A stretch of 64,000 bases of DNA, from the UHGV virus genome UHGV-1359874; one strand, written 5' to 3'. This document shows, in pieces, positions 49,201 through 58,629 of the stretch (position 1 is its first letter; each line of letters begins with the position of its first letter). The position numbers and the translations under genes are program-made. Source of the DNA: a virus. Below the pieces are notes generated by a model. That model did not search any database, was not told where the DNA came from, and saw only the letters and a program-made list of their open reading frames with translations.

Positions 49201-51834
49201 AATAAGCGGGATTGCCATGGTAATACCACTCATTATTTGTAAAGCTTTTTGACCGCCGCTAATACTTTCATCATTAACAATATTATAAATATTTGAAAAT
49301 GTTTGCATTACAGAAACTAATTGTCCAAGAGCACCTGCAAATTGAGTAACTTGAGCAGTAGCTTTAGCAAAATTTAAAGCTTTGTTATTCTGGCCTAAGA
49401 AAGAATCCATAGCTTCTTTTATTGCAGTCTCTTTTTGAGCTTTAGTAAAAGAATCATTAGTTGCTATTTCAGACAATTTTGAAATAAGTTCTGTAATTTT
49501 AGGAGTGGTAGAACCAACAACTGCCTGTAACTTTTGAAAAGCTTCTTCTTGCTTTTCTACTCCAACAGTATCATCCATAATAACATCGAGTTCATTAAAT
49601 ACAGATATTAATTGTTTAACTTCCTGTGAACCCTCTGGGAAAAGAGCTATTAAAGATCTTATTTGATTCTCTAAACTGTCAATATCTCCTTCAACAGTAC
49701 CAGATTGAAAAGTCTGTTTTAAAGTTTCTTGCAGTTTAGTTAATTCCTGTTCGGCTTGTTTAATATTTTCTTTAATTCTATCATCAAAAATTGTAGGATT
49801 ATCAACATCTAATTTACTTTTTAATTCTGCAATTTCTATTTCTTTTTCTTTTATTTTTTCAAGAACACTTGTTACAGGAGAAAAATCTATTGTAGTCATT
49901 TCTTGATACTTACTAATCAATAATTCAGCTTGATTAGTAGCATCTGCCCACTCATCAGAATCTTTTGGTGAAAATAATTTTTCTATACCAGTTGCGTTAG
50001 TTCCAGTAATTTCTCCAATTTTTTGTAATTGAACAATAGCTTCTTCTTGACTATTCTTTAATTTAGTAATTGCTATAGTTGCTGCTTCATATTTCTTTAA
50101 AGCTTCATCATAAGTTTCTCTAACATCTTCTGGCATTATATCGCCATATTGTAATCTTAAAGCTCGTTTAGAAGCAATATCACTAACAACCTCATCTCCT
50201 AAACCTTGAAACTCTTCTGCTGTAGCTAATTGATCTTTAATATTCTTAGTTACAGATTGAACGGTCATTAAACGAGAAACTAAAGTTCCTAAACTAGCAC
50301 CAATCTGCTTATTAAAGACATTCATTGCGGTAGAACCAAGAGCTAAAAGAACTCCCTTACCACCGCCCATTGCATCTGTAACATTAGCCAACAAATCAAG
50401 AATTTCACCTAAACCATCAGCAATAGTATTAATAGATTTAGAATCAAGAAAAGAATCAAATAAATTTTCTGCGGATGCAGTTAATTCATCCAAATGAGCG
50501 CGAGTTGATTCCATATAAATATCTTGCTGTTTCTGCAAGGTACCAGTTGCATTCTCTGCGCCTTCCAGTGTCTTTTTATACGTATCCCAGTTATCGAATA
50601 AAGCCAGTAAGTTATTTGCCTGACGAGTACCAGCCATTGTACGAGCAAGAGCGATTTGCTGCTCACGACTCATATCAGCCCACTTGTCACCGACTTCTTC
50701 AACAACAGAACCCATATCTCGGAGTTTGCCTGTACTATCAAGCACGTTAACTCCCATTTTTGCCATCTCACCAGTATAATTACCAAGTGAGATTTCTGCA
50801 TCTTCAGTACCAGCTTCAATATCAGAAATACGCATCAAAATCGTTTTAAATGCGGTACCTACACTAGAAGCGTCCTGACGCGTAACCTGAATAACAGTAG
50901 CAAGAGATGAAGCTAATTGCTCCTCAGTCATACCCATTGCATTTGCGGTTGATGCTGTTTTAGACATAGCTTCAGACAATTCATCCAAGCTAGATGCGGT
51001 GTCAGCACCGACACGAGCCAGAATATCCATTGCCTTCTCAGCTTCTTCTGAACCTACTTTATAGCCATTTAAAACGGCGGTTACATATTCTGCTGAATCA
51101 TCTGCACTCAAACCAGAAGCATTAGCTACCTTTAAAGTTAAATCAGCTCTAGCTTGCACTTCTTGGTCATTCAAACCTTGTTGATAGAAGGTTAATGCGG
51201 CATTCGTATAATCAGTAGTAGTTGCACCTAAAGCTTTAGCAGCTTTATTAGCTTTCTCCGCAAAAATATCCATATCTTCAGCAGATTTTTCTGTAACAAT
51301 ACGAATATTATTTAATGAAGTATCTAAGCTTTTAACATAACCATATGCTTCTTGAGCTTTACCAGAAATTGCATTGATTGCCGCACTTGCAATATTCCAT
51401 TTAATAGTATGACTTAGCGTCTCACTCATTTTATCCAAAAGTGTCTTAGTCTTTTGAATTTCTTTATTTGCAGATAAAGTTGTTGAAACTAATTTCTGAA
51501 AAGCTATCTGGCCAGTAGAACCAGCTTTTTGGAAAGCTGAATAAATTTCTTCAATAGAAGTATCAGTTTTCTTTAAGACATTATTAAAAGTTTGAATATT
51601 AACAGTATTTAATTTAGGATTAAAGGCTTTTGTTAAAGCATCTTCAACAGTAGCCGCAACAGATTTAACACGAAGCAATTCTTTAGAAACATTTTCAAAT
51701 TGTTTACCAGGATTATTTGCAAGAAAAGCTTCACTAGTCATTTTTTGAATTGATTGTAATGAAGATTTCAAAGAAGATAAACCAGATTTATCAACATTAT
51801 AACCTACATTAATACGGACATTTGTATCCGCCAT
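43231..51834 (-). CDS. tail tape measure protein
   Basis: 2867 aa, with extensive coiled-coil. The N-terminal TP901-type core (ADTASSLDELSEAMSKTAS...VGTAFKTILMRI). An internal Gly-rich linker. The C-terminal GYDTGGYTG...LHQKELVLNKDD motif is common to Gram-positive phage TMPs. Confidence 0.9.
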   Translation of the reverse strand: MADTNVRINVGYNVDKSGLSSLKSSLQSIQKMTSEAFLANNPGKQFENVSKELLRVKSVAATVEDALTKAFNPKLNTVNIQTFNNVLKKTDTSIEEIYSAFQKAGSTGQIAFQKLVSTTLSANKEIQKTKTLLDKMSETLSHTIKWNIASAAINAISGKAQEAYGYVKSLDTSLNNIRIVTEKSAEDMDIFAEKANKAAKALGATTTDYTNAALTFYQQGLNDQEVQARADLTLKVANASGLSADDSAEYVTAVLNGYKVGSEEAEKAMDILARVGADTASSLDELSEAMSKTASTANAMGMTEEQLASSLATVIQVTRQDASSVGTAFKTILMRISDIEAGTEDAEISLGNYTGEMAKMGVNVLDSTGKLRDMGSVVEEVGDKWADMSREQQIALARTMAGTRQANNLLALFDNWDTYKKTLEGAENATGTLQKQQDIYMESTRAHLDELTASAENLFDSFLDSKSINTIADGLGEILDLLANVTDAMGGGKGVLLALGSTAMNVFNKQIGASLGTLVSRLMTVQSVTKNIKDQLATAEEFQGLGDEVVSDIASKRALRLQYGDIMPEDVRETYDEALKKYEAATIAITKLKNSQEEAIVQLQKIGEITGTNATGIEKLFSPKDSDEWADATNQAELLISKYQEMTTIDFSPVTSVLEKIKEKEIEIAELKSKLDVDNPTIFDDRIKENIKQAEQELTKLQETLKQTFQSGTVEGDIDSLENQIRSLIALFPEGSQEVKQLISVFNELDVIMDDTVGVEKQEEAFQKLQAVVGSTTPKITELISKLSEIATNDSFTKAQKETAIKEAMDSFLGQNNKALNFAKATAQVTQFAGALGQLVSVMQTFSNIYNIVNDESISGGQKALQIMSGITMAIPLIISGIGGLKTALVGLTGAAESTFAAIMATPAGPALLALTALATAIPIVTTAYDALTMSAKEAEEQISNLNDSMQNFSNTSSTYRSNKEELEGLEETYDRLAARAGAYDKNIQNLTESERKQYNEIKDKLVNLNSDLLAYYNDQGEAVLKNQDGIRDTIDLLEQQYKMQQQNFYTDNQKENLQAYDKQYQDAKKNLENTKAKYDINSSAGQDRINSYRQGAQTAVGQIQSNVSTLDNVSSDVQEAIAKVSTALHKSGQDLINAVQTDDFNKALDIIKSEIPGSDAIKDTLTSYLNSITSFTEEGETEIQAAQAAADAASKINVDYIQGILTSDPSKNAAYNQLKDAGFDNADTMLNNYLQGVRLGVNGIENQDDVIQGAQDAMNAIYSLFQGDNGAALNTDLQKAGEEWASSSTVAGTYNDYVLGLEDQLQGLLSKHKDLEELAKTNHDAFLTVIKSTFPTVEEVQIGEDGSLEGVTTQYSDKISAIRDRLAEYAAEAKRNGTEENPATATDEDIFENISTDNLEYLDEILERLNPNITDFRENLEQAQATVEAVNNMASAENAAQLAAETAKALNSGANVTFDDYTNKLTELAGNYDSTSDELERFNSALGTGNDVLINNATSALELATQAGYLAEQTGLAAEDIERYAKELKDSGEYTEVASSELAEMAKDQLRYDKAVNSSIDNIEDWINDLEVAAETGHLTSDTADELAETYGDLLDIDGSRLSSSFLESTENLQLMQDALNGSEEAYEQLQQAAVQDILLGIGLDDEQINAVFDEFNGLLDQYNINLDDIQVGASIDNADFLAGLTTMLNDLGVTVDEAQDILSGMGIDAEVTSAQQDQTSESTYAGVEAIVTHNKGNAIYPMVGFLGNEKQPYDIPSISYRPKEVTVQNKVSQIGTGVQVTSAKKSTGGNVKFTNSTPRHGGGSGRTSKKSGGSGKRGGGGGSGKASQPKTPKTKDLNTDTIDRYHDINIKINNLTDSYDRLQKVQDKLTGKDLINNLNKQLVILEKQRDAYKAKIELAKQEANEIKNSLAQYGATFDANGEISNYAVLLTKAQQNLNSVIGWYNSLSADAQDEAADKKVTKAQKEYDKIKEMVTNYDKLINETIPDLEDDITEALSSAIELQVQKFDMEVKLRLDMGEAMRDWNEFKRKVIDDLDDDDLLGKALQNRADILSYYNTANSGVGSIQSLTSKIGNTATPGSILGELQKMQNGGHSSIYSAYDAATGTWVDDMASAVDDLKESYKELMTELENLEDLEQNVTDAFLDSIDAVNDALDKNKEAYEFLGDQINHDINLIQKLYGDDAYDLMDTYYEKQLTNIQAELAARQNAATYWKQLMDAERAAIEQGNGNKEALEKYEENWKSAVSDVNGLVENWAEALTTKYENTIDALVKSLNDKVSNGKGLDYLEEQLNLLNDNADNYLDTINAAYAKQQLQNKWQDAINDTDSVTTQQKLNELMQTQMKMLEEKGELTQYDIDRAEKEYEIALKQIALQEAQQNQSKMRLKRDANGNYSYQFVSDEDSIRQAQQDLADAQNSLYNFDKDAYKNNLNDMYSVWSEFQDKVAQAYKDYADDQDALQEHIALLQEQYGEKINYLTEQNLNIRTNLTDSAFNDLANLYNVDVSNFQNMTDEEKDLIMNNLVPEWTSGVQEMIDKFSGEGGFEQTCQDTFDKLKEAAQDYVQNIDNISQTNQRVSNEAYEEGQKLLQESNQLIDSAKQEYQAIGDVVNQVKELIAAYRQAKSEAIGATKAAYDFIQAKNAKDAAQAAEERRRAEEAAKAMSAANSSNSSSSDSGAGSGSDKDGTASVGDVVGYNGRYYYDSYGKAPAGSKYSGVADGVVIDKMNDNAYGVHIHSADGEYGDLGWIKKSQLFGYDTGGYTGTWGEDGRLALLHQKELVLNKDDTANMLSAMNVLREIVSRIGDNVFNNTAAILSTIGSTVTAPKDSSTLEQTVYITAKFEGQTEASQIETALKNLVNTASQRAYRNNK

Positions 51835-51876
51835 AACTCCTTTTTCCTCCTTTAAATCATTTCACTGATTTTGGGT

Positions 51877-51920
51877 ATAAAAAAATACCCCTACTACCAG
51901 TATATGATAATAGGGGTATT
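51877..51920 (-). terminator. terminator/attenuator immediately upstream of TMP gene
   Basis: Stem aatacccctA / Taggggtatt, then a T7 run on the minus strand. It is followed by the TMP RBS aaaggaggaaaaaggag. Confidence 0.55.
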
Positions 51921-51946
51921 GCTATTAACTTAAATTACCCAATTAA

Positions 51947-52528
51947 TTAAGATTTTGTTGCTTTAACAACAGAAAGCTTAGGATTAGTGGTTACAGATTT
52001 ATTATCTTCAAAACCGCTTGCTTTTGCAAAATTTAATAAACGCTGAAACTGGGCTGGATCAAAACCATCAACGACTGCAGCCGCAGTTTTAGCATTTTCA
52101 GGCAAATCAACAATTAAACTCTTAACGATTGCAGCAGTACTTAGATCATACTTCTCACGAGATGCGCGCACACGCTGTAAATCATTGAATACTGCGGTGT
52201 ATTCGTCTTCATCCATCGCCTGAAGGAACGCCGCCATGAAACCTGAACTAACCATAGCGTCATATAGCTTAGGTTCATTCTCCTTCTGTTTTTCGGTAAA
52301 AGTAATATTACTATAAAGATAAACCATATTCAAATGAAAATACATATCTAACACAGTCTCATTATAAATACCATCTTCTTCTGCTTTTTGTAAAGCAATC
52401 TCTATTAAATCAATCTTATCTTCAACAGGAAGATAATGTAGAACCTCAATCTCTTGGTTATTAAAAGTAAATTTATTGACTTCTGTATTCACTTTTAAAC
52501 CAATTTTACTATATGCAATCTTACCCAT
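51947..52528 (-). CDS. putative tail assembly chaperone (by position upstream of TMP)
   Basis: 193 aa. No frameshift partner ORF is evident. Confidence 0.35.
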   Translation of the reverse strand: MGKIAYSKIGLKVNTEVNKFTFNNQEIEVLHYLPVEDKIDLIEIALQKAEEDGIYNETVLDMYFHLNMVYLYSNITFTEKQKENEPKLYDAMVSSGFMAAFLQAMDEDEYTAVFNDLQRVRASREKYDLSTAAIVKSLIVDLPENAKTAAAVVDGFDPAQFQRLLNFAKASGFEDNKSVTTNPKLSVVKATKS

Positions 52529-52593
52529 AGTTAAATCAAAACTCCTTTTATCTCATGTCCTTTTTTATATTATACAACAAAATTTTCTAGTTG

Positions 52594-53067
52594 TCAAGTT
52601 TGCGGTGGTTGCTTAGGTAAATCACGGATTTCATTCATCATATCTTCAATAAAACTATTGCCGCCCTCTTGTACATAATGTTTATATCGTTTCTCACAAC
52701 AATCTAAGCTATAATCATCAACCCAGCCTCTTTGGTAGCAAAAATAATGATGTTCTTTTACTAAAAATGATTTTATATCATCTTTATCTGAGTCTATTAG
52801 TGCATCAATTTTATTTGAAAGTTTCTCCATAGCTATCATCATTTCAGCTTGATTTTTTTCTAATTTTTGAATAGCCACACTTTCTTGTTGCAACTTTGCA
52901 TCTAAATCTTCTTGAGTCTTTGTTTCAGCGTACTCTTTTTTATAAACGCGGCCTAATCTTTCTTTCGCCCAGTCAAAAAATGAAATAGCCCCTTTAATAG
53001 CTATAGCAAGAAGAACCATAAATATTAAAATGTCTTGCAAAGAGTACGCTTTAAGAAGTGCTTCCAT
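52594..53067 (-). CDS. hypothetical protein with N-terminal TM helix and coiled coil
   Basis: ILIFMVLLAIAIKGAISFF hydrophobic segment. Confidence 0.35.
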   Translation of the reverse strand: MEALLKAYSLQDILIFMVLLAIAIKGAISFFDWAKERLGRVYKKEYAETKTQEDLDAKLQQESVAIQKLEKNQAEMMIAMEKLSNKIDALIDSDKDDIKSFLVKEHHYFCYQRGWVDDYSLDCCEKRYKHYVQEGGNSFIEDMMNEIRDLPKQPPQT

Positions 53068-53084
53068 ATTTCATTTTGCCATCC

Positions 53085-54251
53085 TTAATCTGCATTTAAT
53101 AGTGCAGTCTTTACTCCATTAATAAGTTCTGCTACATTATTTAATATATCTTTGTTATCTTTGCCAAAAGCAGATTTTAAACTAATTAAAGCATTATTTT
53201 GGAAAACGCTAGAAGAAGAAGCTTCTTGTTCCAAGAAATATTGTTCTAATTCTTCCGGAGTTAATTCTTTTAAATCTTTTACCCAATAAGCTGTTTCAAG
53301 TAAAGGATTAAAACTTCCTGAACTTGAGGTACCAGCAGTTTTTACTGCTAATTGAACTTTTCCTAAAATTCCATTAGATAAATCACCTAAAACAGCACCA
53401 GCTCTATTATCAACTACCATAATATATTTTGCATAATAATAAGGAATACCAGGTTCGTTATGTCCAGGAATATCTATTTTAAAATGACCATCATTCTCTT
53501 TTTTATTAAACAAAGCAGAAGCATAAGCCTCATTAAGAATACCTCTATTAGTAAGTTTTAAATACCAACGTCTACTTTTTCCAGCACTGTGATAATATAT
53601 CCATTTATTAGATTCTTTTTTAGCAACAGAATATCTCTCTTGTAAAGTATTATAAACTTTATATAAATTATCATACTTTTTATTTAAAATATCGCCAGTT
53701 ACTTTAACAGAATTAGTTTTATTAAATAATAAAGAGGTATTTTTTGTAAAATTTAGTCTACTTCTTTTAGTAATCTTGCCAGATTTATTATAAATTTCTT
53801 GTACAGAAGCTTCATTGTGTAACCATAAAGAACCGTTAGAATCCATTATAGTAAGAATAACTATTCTTCCTAAAAAATCATTTAAAGCTTGCTCAAAACT
53901 TAATAAAGCATTTATAATATTAGTATTTTTTTCAGCATTTTTTACAATATTTTTTAACTTTTCTAATTGAGCATTTGCTGCCTCTGCATTTTGAAAACTT
54001 TGACCTATTACACTGCTATATTCTAATTGTCCTTTACTATTTATAACAGCAATTAAGGCATTTGCCGCATCTTTTAATTTACTAAATTTTCCTCTTAAAT
54101 CTGGATCTGGAAATTTAAATCCTTGTTCTGTTGCATTTTTTACATCTGTAATAATTTTTGTTATTATTTCTTCATCAAAAACATTCTCTTTTTGCAAATC
54201 TGCAATTTCAGCTTCAATACCTTTAATATATAATATTTGTTCATTAGTCAC
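53085..54251 (-). CDS. hypothetical tail-module protein
   Basis: 388 aa. Confidence 0.35.
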   Translation of the reverse strand: MTNEQILYIKGIEAEIADLQKENVFDEEIITKIITDVKNATEQGFKFPDPDLRGKFSKLKDAANALIAVINSKGQLEYSSVIGQSFQNAEAANAQLEKLKNIVKNAEKNTNIINALLSFEQALNDFLGRIVILTIMDSNGSLWLHNEASVQEIYNKSGKITKRSRLNFTKNTSLLFNKTNSVKVTGDILNKKYDNLYKVYNTLQERYSVAKKESNKWIYYHSAGKSRRWYLKLTNRGILNEAYASALFNKKENDGHFKIDIPGHNEPGIPYYYAKYIMVVDNRAGAVLGDLSNGILGKVQLAVKTAGTSSSGSFNPLLETAYWVKDLKELTPEELEQYFLEQEASSSSVFQNNALISLKSAFGKDNKDILNNVAELINGVKTALLNAD

Positions 54252-54267
54252 AACTAACTCACCTGCT

Positions 54268-54300
54268 TAAAAAAAAGGAGTGAGCACTAAGCCCACTCCT
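54268..54300 (-). terminator. terminator after putative major tail protein gene
   Basis: Stem aaggagtg / cactcctt, with a T8 run on the minus strand. Confidence 0.55.
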
Positions 54301-54321
54301 TTTAAATTCATTGTTACTCTA

Positions 54322-55284
54322 TTAGACCAGTTCGCCAGTCATATCTGTAGAATCATTGCCGGTTTCTTCAATCTTAAATCCAGCAGTATGAGCCATAACA
54401 GAACTCTGAGTATCATTACCCATGCTAGCATCTTCAACGACTTGCATCACGCACAGAACCTTCTTGGTGCAGTTAAACATGGTATAACCAGGGAAGGCAT
54501 CCATTGTAAAGCTGAAGGTAGAAGGATCGCCAGTAGAAGCCATGTTAAAAGTGAAGTTAGACTGAATCTTAACATTAGGCAAAGTCAGTTCAGCAGGCAT
54601 ATCTACACCATCACTCTGACGACGGAATAGAGTGGAAGCTTCAACGTAATAGTTGCCAGCAAAGTGAGAAGCATCAATAGTCAATTCAGAAACATTTGCA
54701 GACTCCTTTAACACATAGAAATCAACAAATACAGTCTTACCAACCATAGTCTCATCTTTACCAGTTTTCTTCAAGATCTTCTTTTTACCAGCATCGTCAA
54801 CGACAACTTCAAGGCCAGTCAATAACTCACCAGTAATAGAGCCATCACTTTCACAAACAGCGACAAACACAGGTGCAGTGTCATCAATTTCTTCTTCTGC
54901 TTCAAGAGCATCAGTCAAATCGATCTGAATACCATCAGCAGTAGCAGTGGCATCAACATAAGCAGAAGCGGTAGTGTGAACGTGAACCTTCTGGCCCTCT
55001 TTCTTAAATAGACCAGCACCAGATAGAATAGCAAAACCGATTGGGCTGAGTAGAGCATCCTCAACAGTAAAGGTAAGAGTACGCTCACCTTCCCAAGTAA
55101 TTAAACGAGTATTGCCAGGTCCGCCCTGAGCATATACACTAGTTGCAGCACCCTCAAGGGTGGAAGTCTTTGCGGAGTCAATGTAGAGAACAGGCTGGCC
55201 GCGCTTAAAAGTACTTGTACCAATTTTAGTAGTAGTTTTGGCCTTAAATACTACATTGCAAATCTCCCGGACGCCGAAACGCAT
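54322..55284 (-). CDS. putative major tail protein
   Basis: 320 aa, beta-rich, with a C-terminal Ig-like-type extension. It is followed by a terminator, and sits between the connector genes and the chaperone/TMP. Confidence 0.5.
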   Translation of the reverse strand: MRFGVREICNVVFKAKTTTKIGTSTFKRGQPVLYIDSAKTSTLEGAATSVYAQGGPGNTRLITWEGERTLTFTVEDALLSPIGFAILSGAGLFKKEGQKVHVHTTASAYVDATATADGIQIDLTDALEAEEEIDDTAPVFVAVCESDGSITGELLTGLEVVVDDAGKKKILKKTGKDETMVGKTVFVDFYVLKESANVSELTIDASHFAGNYYVEASTLFRRQSDGVDMPAELTLPNVKIQSNFTFNMASTGDPSTFSFTMDAFPGYTMFNCTKKVLCVMQVVEDASMGNDTQSSVMAHTAGFKIEETGNDSTDMTGELV

Positions 55285-55383
55285 ATAAAATATCCTCCTC
55301 TATTTTATTGAATGAATTAAATTCTTCATCATTCTTTATTGAATTAGTGTCTATCAATTTATATGAAAGACACACGTTTATTT

Positions 55384-56136
55384 TTATTCTTCGTGAATAT
55401 CTTTCATCCAGTCATCCGCATCTTTAACGTCTTTAGCACCTGCTATTCTTAACTTAAATACAGTATCATGATTAGTTTTAAGGATATATCTCTCATATTC
55501 ATCAAAAAGCTGATATGGAGTATAATCCATAAAACTATTCATATCTTTCTGTTCACCAACAGTAAGAATTGAAATATATCTACTAAAAATAGAAGTTTTC
55601 TGATTTGCCTTTTGCATCTCAGCGCGTTTTTGATTTCCTTGCTTTAATTTATCCGCAATCTTTCTTGCAAGATCACCGCTTGGATTATAACCTTCATTAC
55701 TACTTTTACCAATAGGGACAATCTGTTCAAGAATTTGTTTAAAAGATCCATAATTTGCGTTATTTAAACACGTTTTAAAAACTTCTCGTTCATCTTGTCT
55801 TTTGATAAAAGTAATATCTTTTTTATTTAACTGGATTTCATATTCAGGAAATAAAATTGTCAATAACATTAAAGTGCAAACAGTATTCTTTTGAAATTCA
55901 GGAGTCTGTTTATCATTCATTATTGACATTATTATATCAAAATCTGTTTGATTGCCTAAACGAGCTTTGTCCTCACTTGTTAAGGAGTCTTTTGAAAATT
56001 TTAGTAACTCATATCCTGTAAAGAAATTATTTTCACCTATTAAAGCAATTTCTTTAATTCGCGGTTGATGGATTACTAATGCGGCTTCTTTTAATGGAAT
56101 GTCTATACCAGATAATAAAATTAAATCATTTAACAT
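55384..56136 (-). CDS. hypothetical head-tail joining module protein
   Basis: Called from position alone. Confidence 0.35.
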   Translation of the reverse strand: MLNDLILLSGIDIPLKEAALVIHQPRIKEIALIGENNFFTGYELLKFSKDSLTSEDKARLGNQTDFDIIMSIMNDKQTPEFQKNTVCTLMLLTILFPEYEIQLNKKDITFIKRQDEREVFKTCLNNANYGSFKQILEQIVPIGKSSNEGYNPSGDLARKIADKLKQGNQKRAEMQKANQKTSIFSRYISILTVGEQKDMNSFMDYTPYQLFDEYERYILKTNHDTVFKLRIAGAKDVKDADDWMKDIHEE

Positions 56137-56138
56137 TA

Positions 56139-56723
56139 TTATTCAACTCCTGGGATTCTATCATCACTTCCATGAGTTGCAGTGTAAGTTAAAGTATAAC
56201 CAGATAGAGTTTCATCTAAAACTAATTCAGTACAATTAGCAAATAATAATTCACCAATTCCTGATAACTTACATCTGTTCAAAATTCCATCAATATAACC
56301 CGCAATTTTTAAAGGACGCAATCTAAAATTCCCTAAATCCCAATAATCTGTATGACACAGAATATCAAAAGAAATTGTGCAATCTCTGAATTGCGGATTA
56401 GAAGTTTCAACAAAGTTATCAAAACTGATAATAATATAGCTTTTTACTTCTTCATGCTCAGGAAACTTAACTTTTGGCTCAAGTCGAATATAACCTTCAT
56501 CACGAAGTTCTTTTAATCCCATACTATCAATTTTCTCTTTATAAACTTTACTCGTTGTATTATCTAAACAATCTTTTGTATTTATAACAAGTAATCTCTT
56601 TAGTTCATTGCTATAAGGCTTACTTGTGACAAATAATTTTCTTAAAATAGTTTCACAGTCTTTCTCACAAGAGAGAAAAGAAGATTGAAAACAACTAGCT
56701 GGAAGAATAATATCTCTTTTCAT
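56139..56723 (-). CDS. hypothetical head-tail joining module protein
   Basis: Called from position alone. Confidence 0.35.
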   Translation of the reverse strand: MKRDIILPASCFQSSFLSCEKDCETILRKLFVTSKPYSNELKRLLVINTKDCLDNTTSKVYKEKIDSMGLKELRDEGYIRLEPKVKFPEHEEVKSYIIISFDNFVETSNPQFRDCTISFDILCHTDYWDLGNFRLRPLKIAGYIDGILNRCKLSGIGELLFANCTELVLDETLSGYTLTYTATHGSDDRIPGVE

Positions 56724-56736
56724 TTATCAACCCTCC

Positions 56737-57732
56737 TTATATACTCTCTATGGCAACTGAAATTGTTGCTACCTCAGAAGCCTGATTGAACTCTAAAACA
56801 AATTTTCCGCTTTTCTTAACAATATCAAGAGTGATAGATAATTTTTGTTTCTCAAGCAATTTTCTTTCGCCGTTTTCCAAAATATACCAATCACCTGCGG
56901 ATATAGCATTTATCGCAGAATAAGTTACTGTATCATACTTGTGAACAATAGTAGGTCCAGTAATCTGTAAAGCTGCGGGGTCCAATTCTGGAACGTCAGA
57001 AGTCTCGTCCTCTTTCTCTTTTTTGCCCGCCTCTTCTAATGTATTTTCATAGTATTCATCAAGAAATACCTGAATTACACCATCTCCATAATAAGGATTT
57101 TGTGCAACAACTTGCCAAGTTTTTTTCTTACCTGTTTCAGGTTCAATAATTTTAACTGTGCTAAATCTATGAAAATAATTTATATTTTCTTCATTTTTAG
57201 TAATATACATTACCATAGAATAATTCAAATCATTCCATTCAATGCCACCTTTTTGATTCCACACAATAGAAGTTTCATTAGGTCCACGTAAATAGATCCA
57301 ATATCTTTTACCATTTACTTCAACTTGTTGGTCACACCGCCGAATCTCTGCACGAAAATAAGCGGTTTCTTCTATATACTGTAAATAAACAATCCAATGA
57401 GTATTAGTTTCAACCCATAAGAAAGTATCTCCTGCTTTTAAACCAATAGTCTCAATACCTGGTAAAGTTTTTTGAGGTGGATTTAAGGTTTTATCATTTA
57501 AACAAATATCTTTAAATGGAATGGAAATAATTTTATTATCATAATCTGGACTATTTTTATTAGGATTAATTAAACATTTGAACTTTTTTTCATTATCAAG
57601 CATCGCAGTTTCCGCCTGATAAGAATTAAATAATGCTCTTTTTAAACTATTCAATTTATCTCGTTCCATGCGGACTTCAGTATTTCCGCCTCTATACTTC
57701 AATCGCTCTTGCATATTATTTAGCCCAGACAT
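56737..57732 (-). CDS. hypothetical structural protein
   Basis: The start is moved to the ATG behind an AGGAGTGTG RBS, giving a 13-nt overlap with the upstream gene. Confidence 0.35.
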   Translation of the reverse strand: MSGLNNMQERLKYRGGNTEVRMERDKLNSLKRALFNSYQAETAMLDNEKKFKCLINPNKNSPDYDNKIISIPFKDICLNDKTLNPPQKTLPGIETIGLKAGDTFLWVETNTHWIVYLQYIEETAYFRAEIRRCDQQVEVNGKRYWIYLRGPNETSIVWNQKGGIEWNDLNYSMVMYITKNEENINYFHRFSTVKIIEPETGKKKTWQVVAQNPYYGDGVIQVFLDEYYENTLEEAGKKEKEDETSDVPELDPAALQITGPTIVHKYDTVTYSAINAISAGDWYILENGERKLLEKQKLSITLDIVKKSGKFVLEFNQASEVATISVAIESI

Positions 57733-58052
57733 AACACACACTCCTGAAGCATTTTTACTTTTCCGATACATTCAAAAATAGTACCCCGGAAAATATCAAA
57801 ATCATCTCTAGCAAAATCAGAAGTTAAACCTTCTAATTTACATTCTAGAGAGAATAAAATATTGTGAAAGTCTTTATAATCAATGAATAAAGAATCCATT
57901 CCCGCAAGCTCATTTTGAATAGTAATTAAAGGCTTTTCCCAATCATAGCCTTCTTCACGATAAGGAAGTAGTTTATAAATTTGTCCAATTAATCTGTGTA
58001 AATTATTATTTATAGTAGAGTTGCTAATATCTGCCGCATACTTAGTTATCAT
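57720..58052 (-). CDS. hypothetical small connector-module protein
   Basis: The start is at the ATG behind a GGAGGTG RBS. Confidence 0.35.
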   Translation of the reverse strand: MITKYAADISNSTINNNLHRLIGQIYKLLPYREEGYDWEKPLITIQNELAGMDSLFIDYKDFHNILFSLECKLEGLTSDFARDDFDIFRGTIFECIGKVKMLQECVLCLG

Positions 58053-58608
58053 CCCAAGCACCTCCATTAAGAGGCGCCATAATAATGTCCAGAGTTGAAA
58101 CTATACGGCCTTCCTTATTAGTAGCTCTACGCTTATAGAGTCTTTGTAGGTGGAAACCTTCTCGGTCATAATCTTTCTTTAAAGAAAGTAATTTACTCAT
58201 ATGATTTGCCTGACTAGACATTTTAAAATCTGAACCAGTATATTTCATGCGAGTATTCTCAACACTTGCTAACTGTTGTCCCAGCCACTCTACCACCATA
58301 TAGGTAGCTAAAATATTAGCTTCTTCATGTGTTAAAATACAGTTAAAGTGACCATATGTATAGATACGCGCTACTACATCTTTATGGTCACTTTCAACTC
58401 CATTATAAATTACTTCATCTTCAAATTCCTCAAGCTCATAGTCCAAAAGCTGTCTTGGAAATTCAAACTTCGGAATCGCACTTAATAGTAATTCTTCTAA
58501 TAATCTATATGTATCAAGCTCTGTAAGCTCCATATACATATCATCAGTAGTTTTACTTAAAAACAAATCATATACAACAGAGAAGGGTGTAATTGCATTT
58601 ATCGCCAT
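58042..58608 (-). CDS. hypothetical head-tail connector-like protein
   Basis: Called from position alone. Confidence 0.35.
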   Translation of the reverse strand: MAINAITPFSVVYDLFLSKTTDDMYMELTELDTYRLLEELLLSAIPKFEFPRQLLDYELEEFEDEVIYNGVESDHKDVVARIYTYGHFNCILTHEEANILATYMVVEWLGQQLASVENTRMKYTGSDFKMSSQANHMSKLLSLKKDYDREGFHLQRLYKRRATNKEGRIVSTLDIIMAPLNGGAWDDN

Positions 58609-58629
58609 GTTACACCTCCGTTACTCTTA

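Noticed and set aside
43636-50750. Several 60-120-aa ORFs on both strands inside the tape measure gene (43636-43998, 43692-43994, 44445-44693, 45057-45242, 46317-46499, 46429-46671, 48959-49252, 50475-50750)
   Set aside because: They lie inside a 2867-aa gene with clear TMP signatures. There are no RBSs, and their low-complexity translations are typical of alternative frames.
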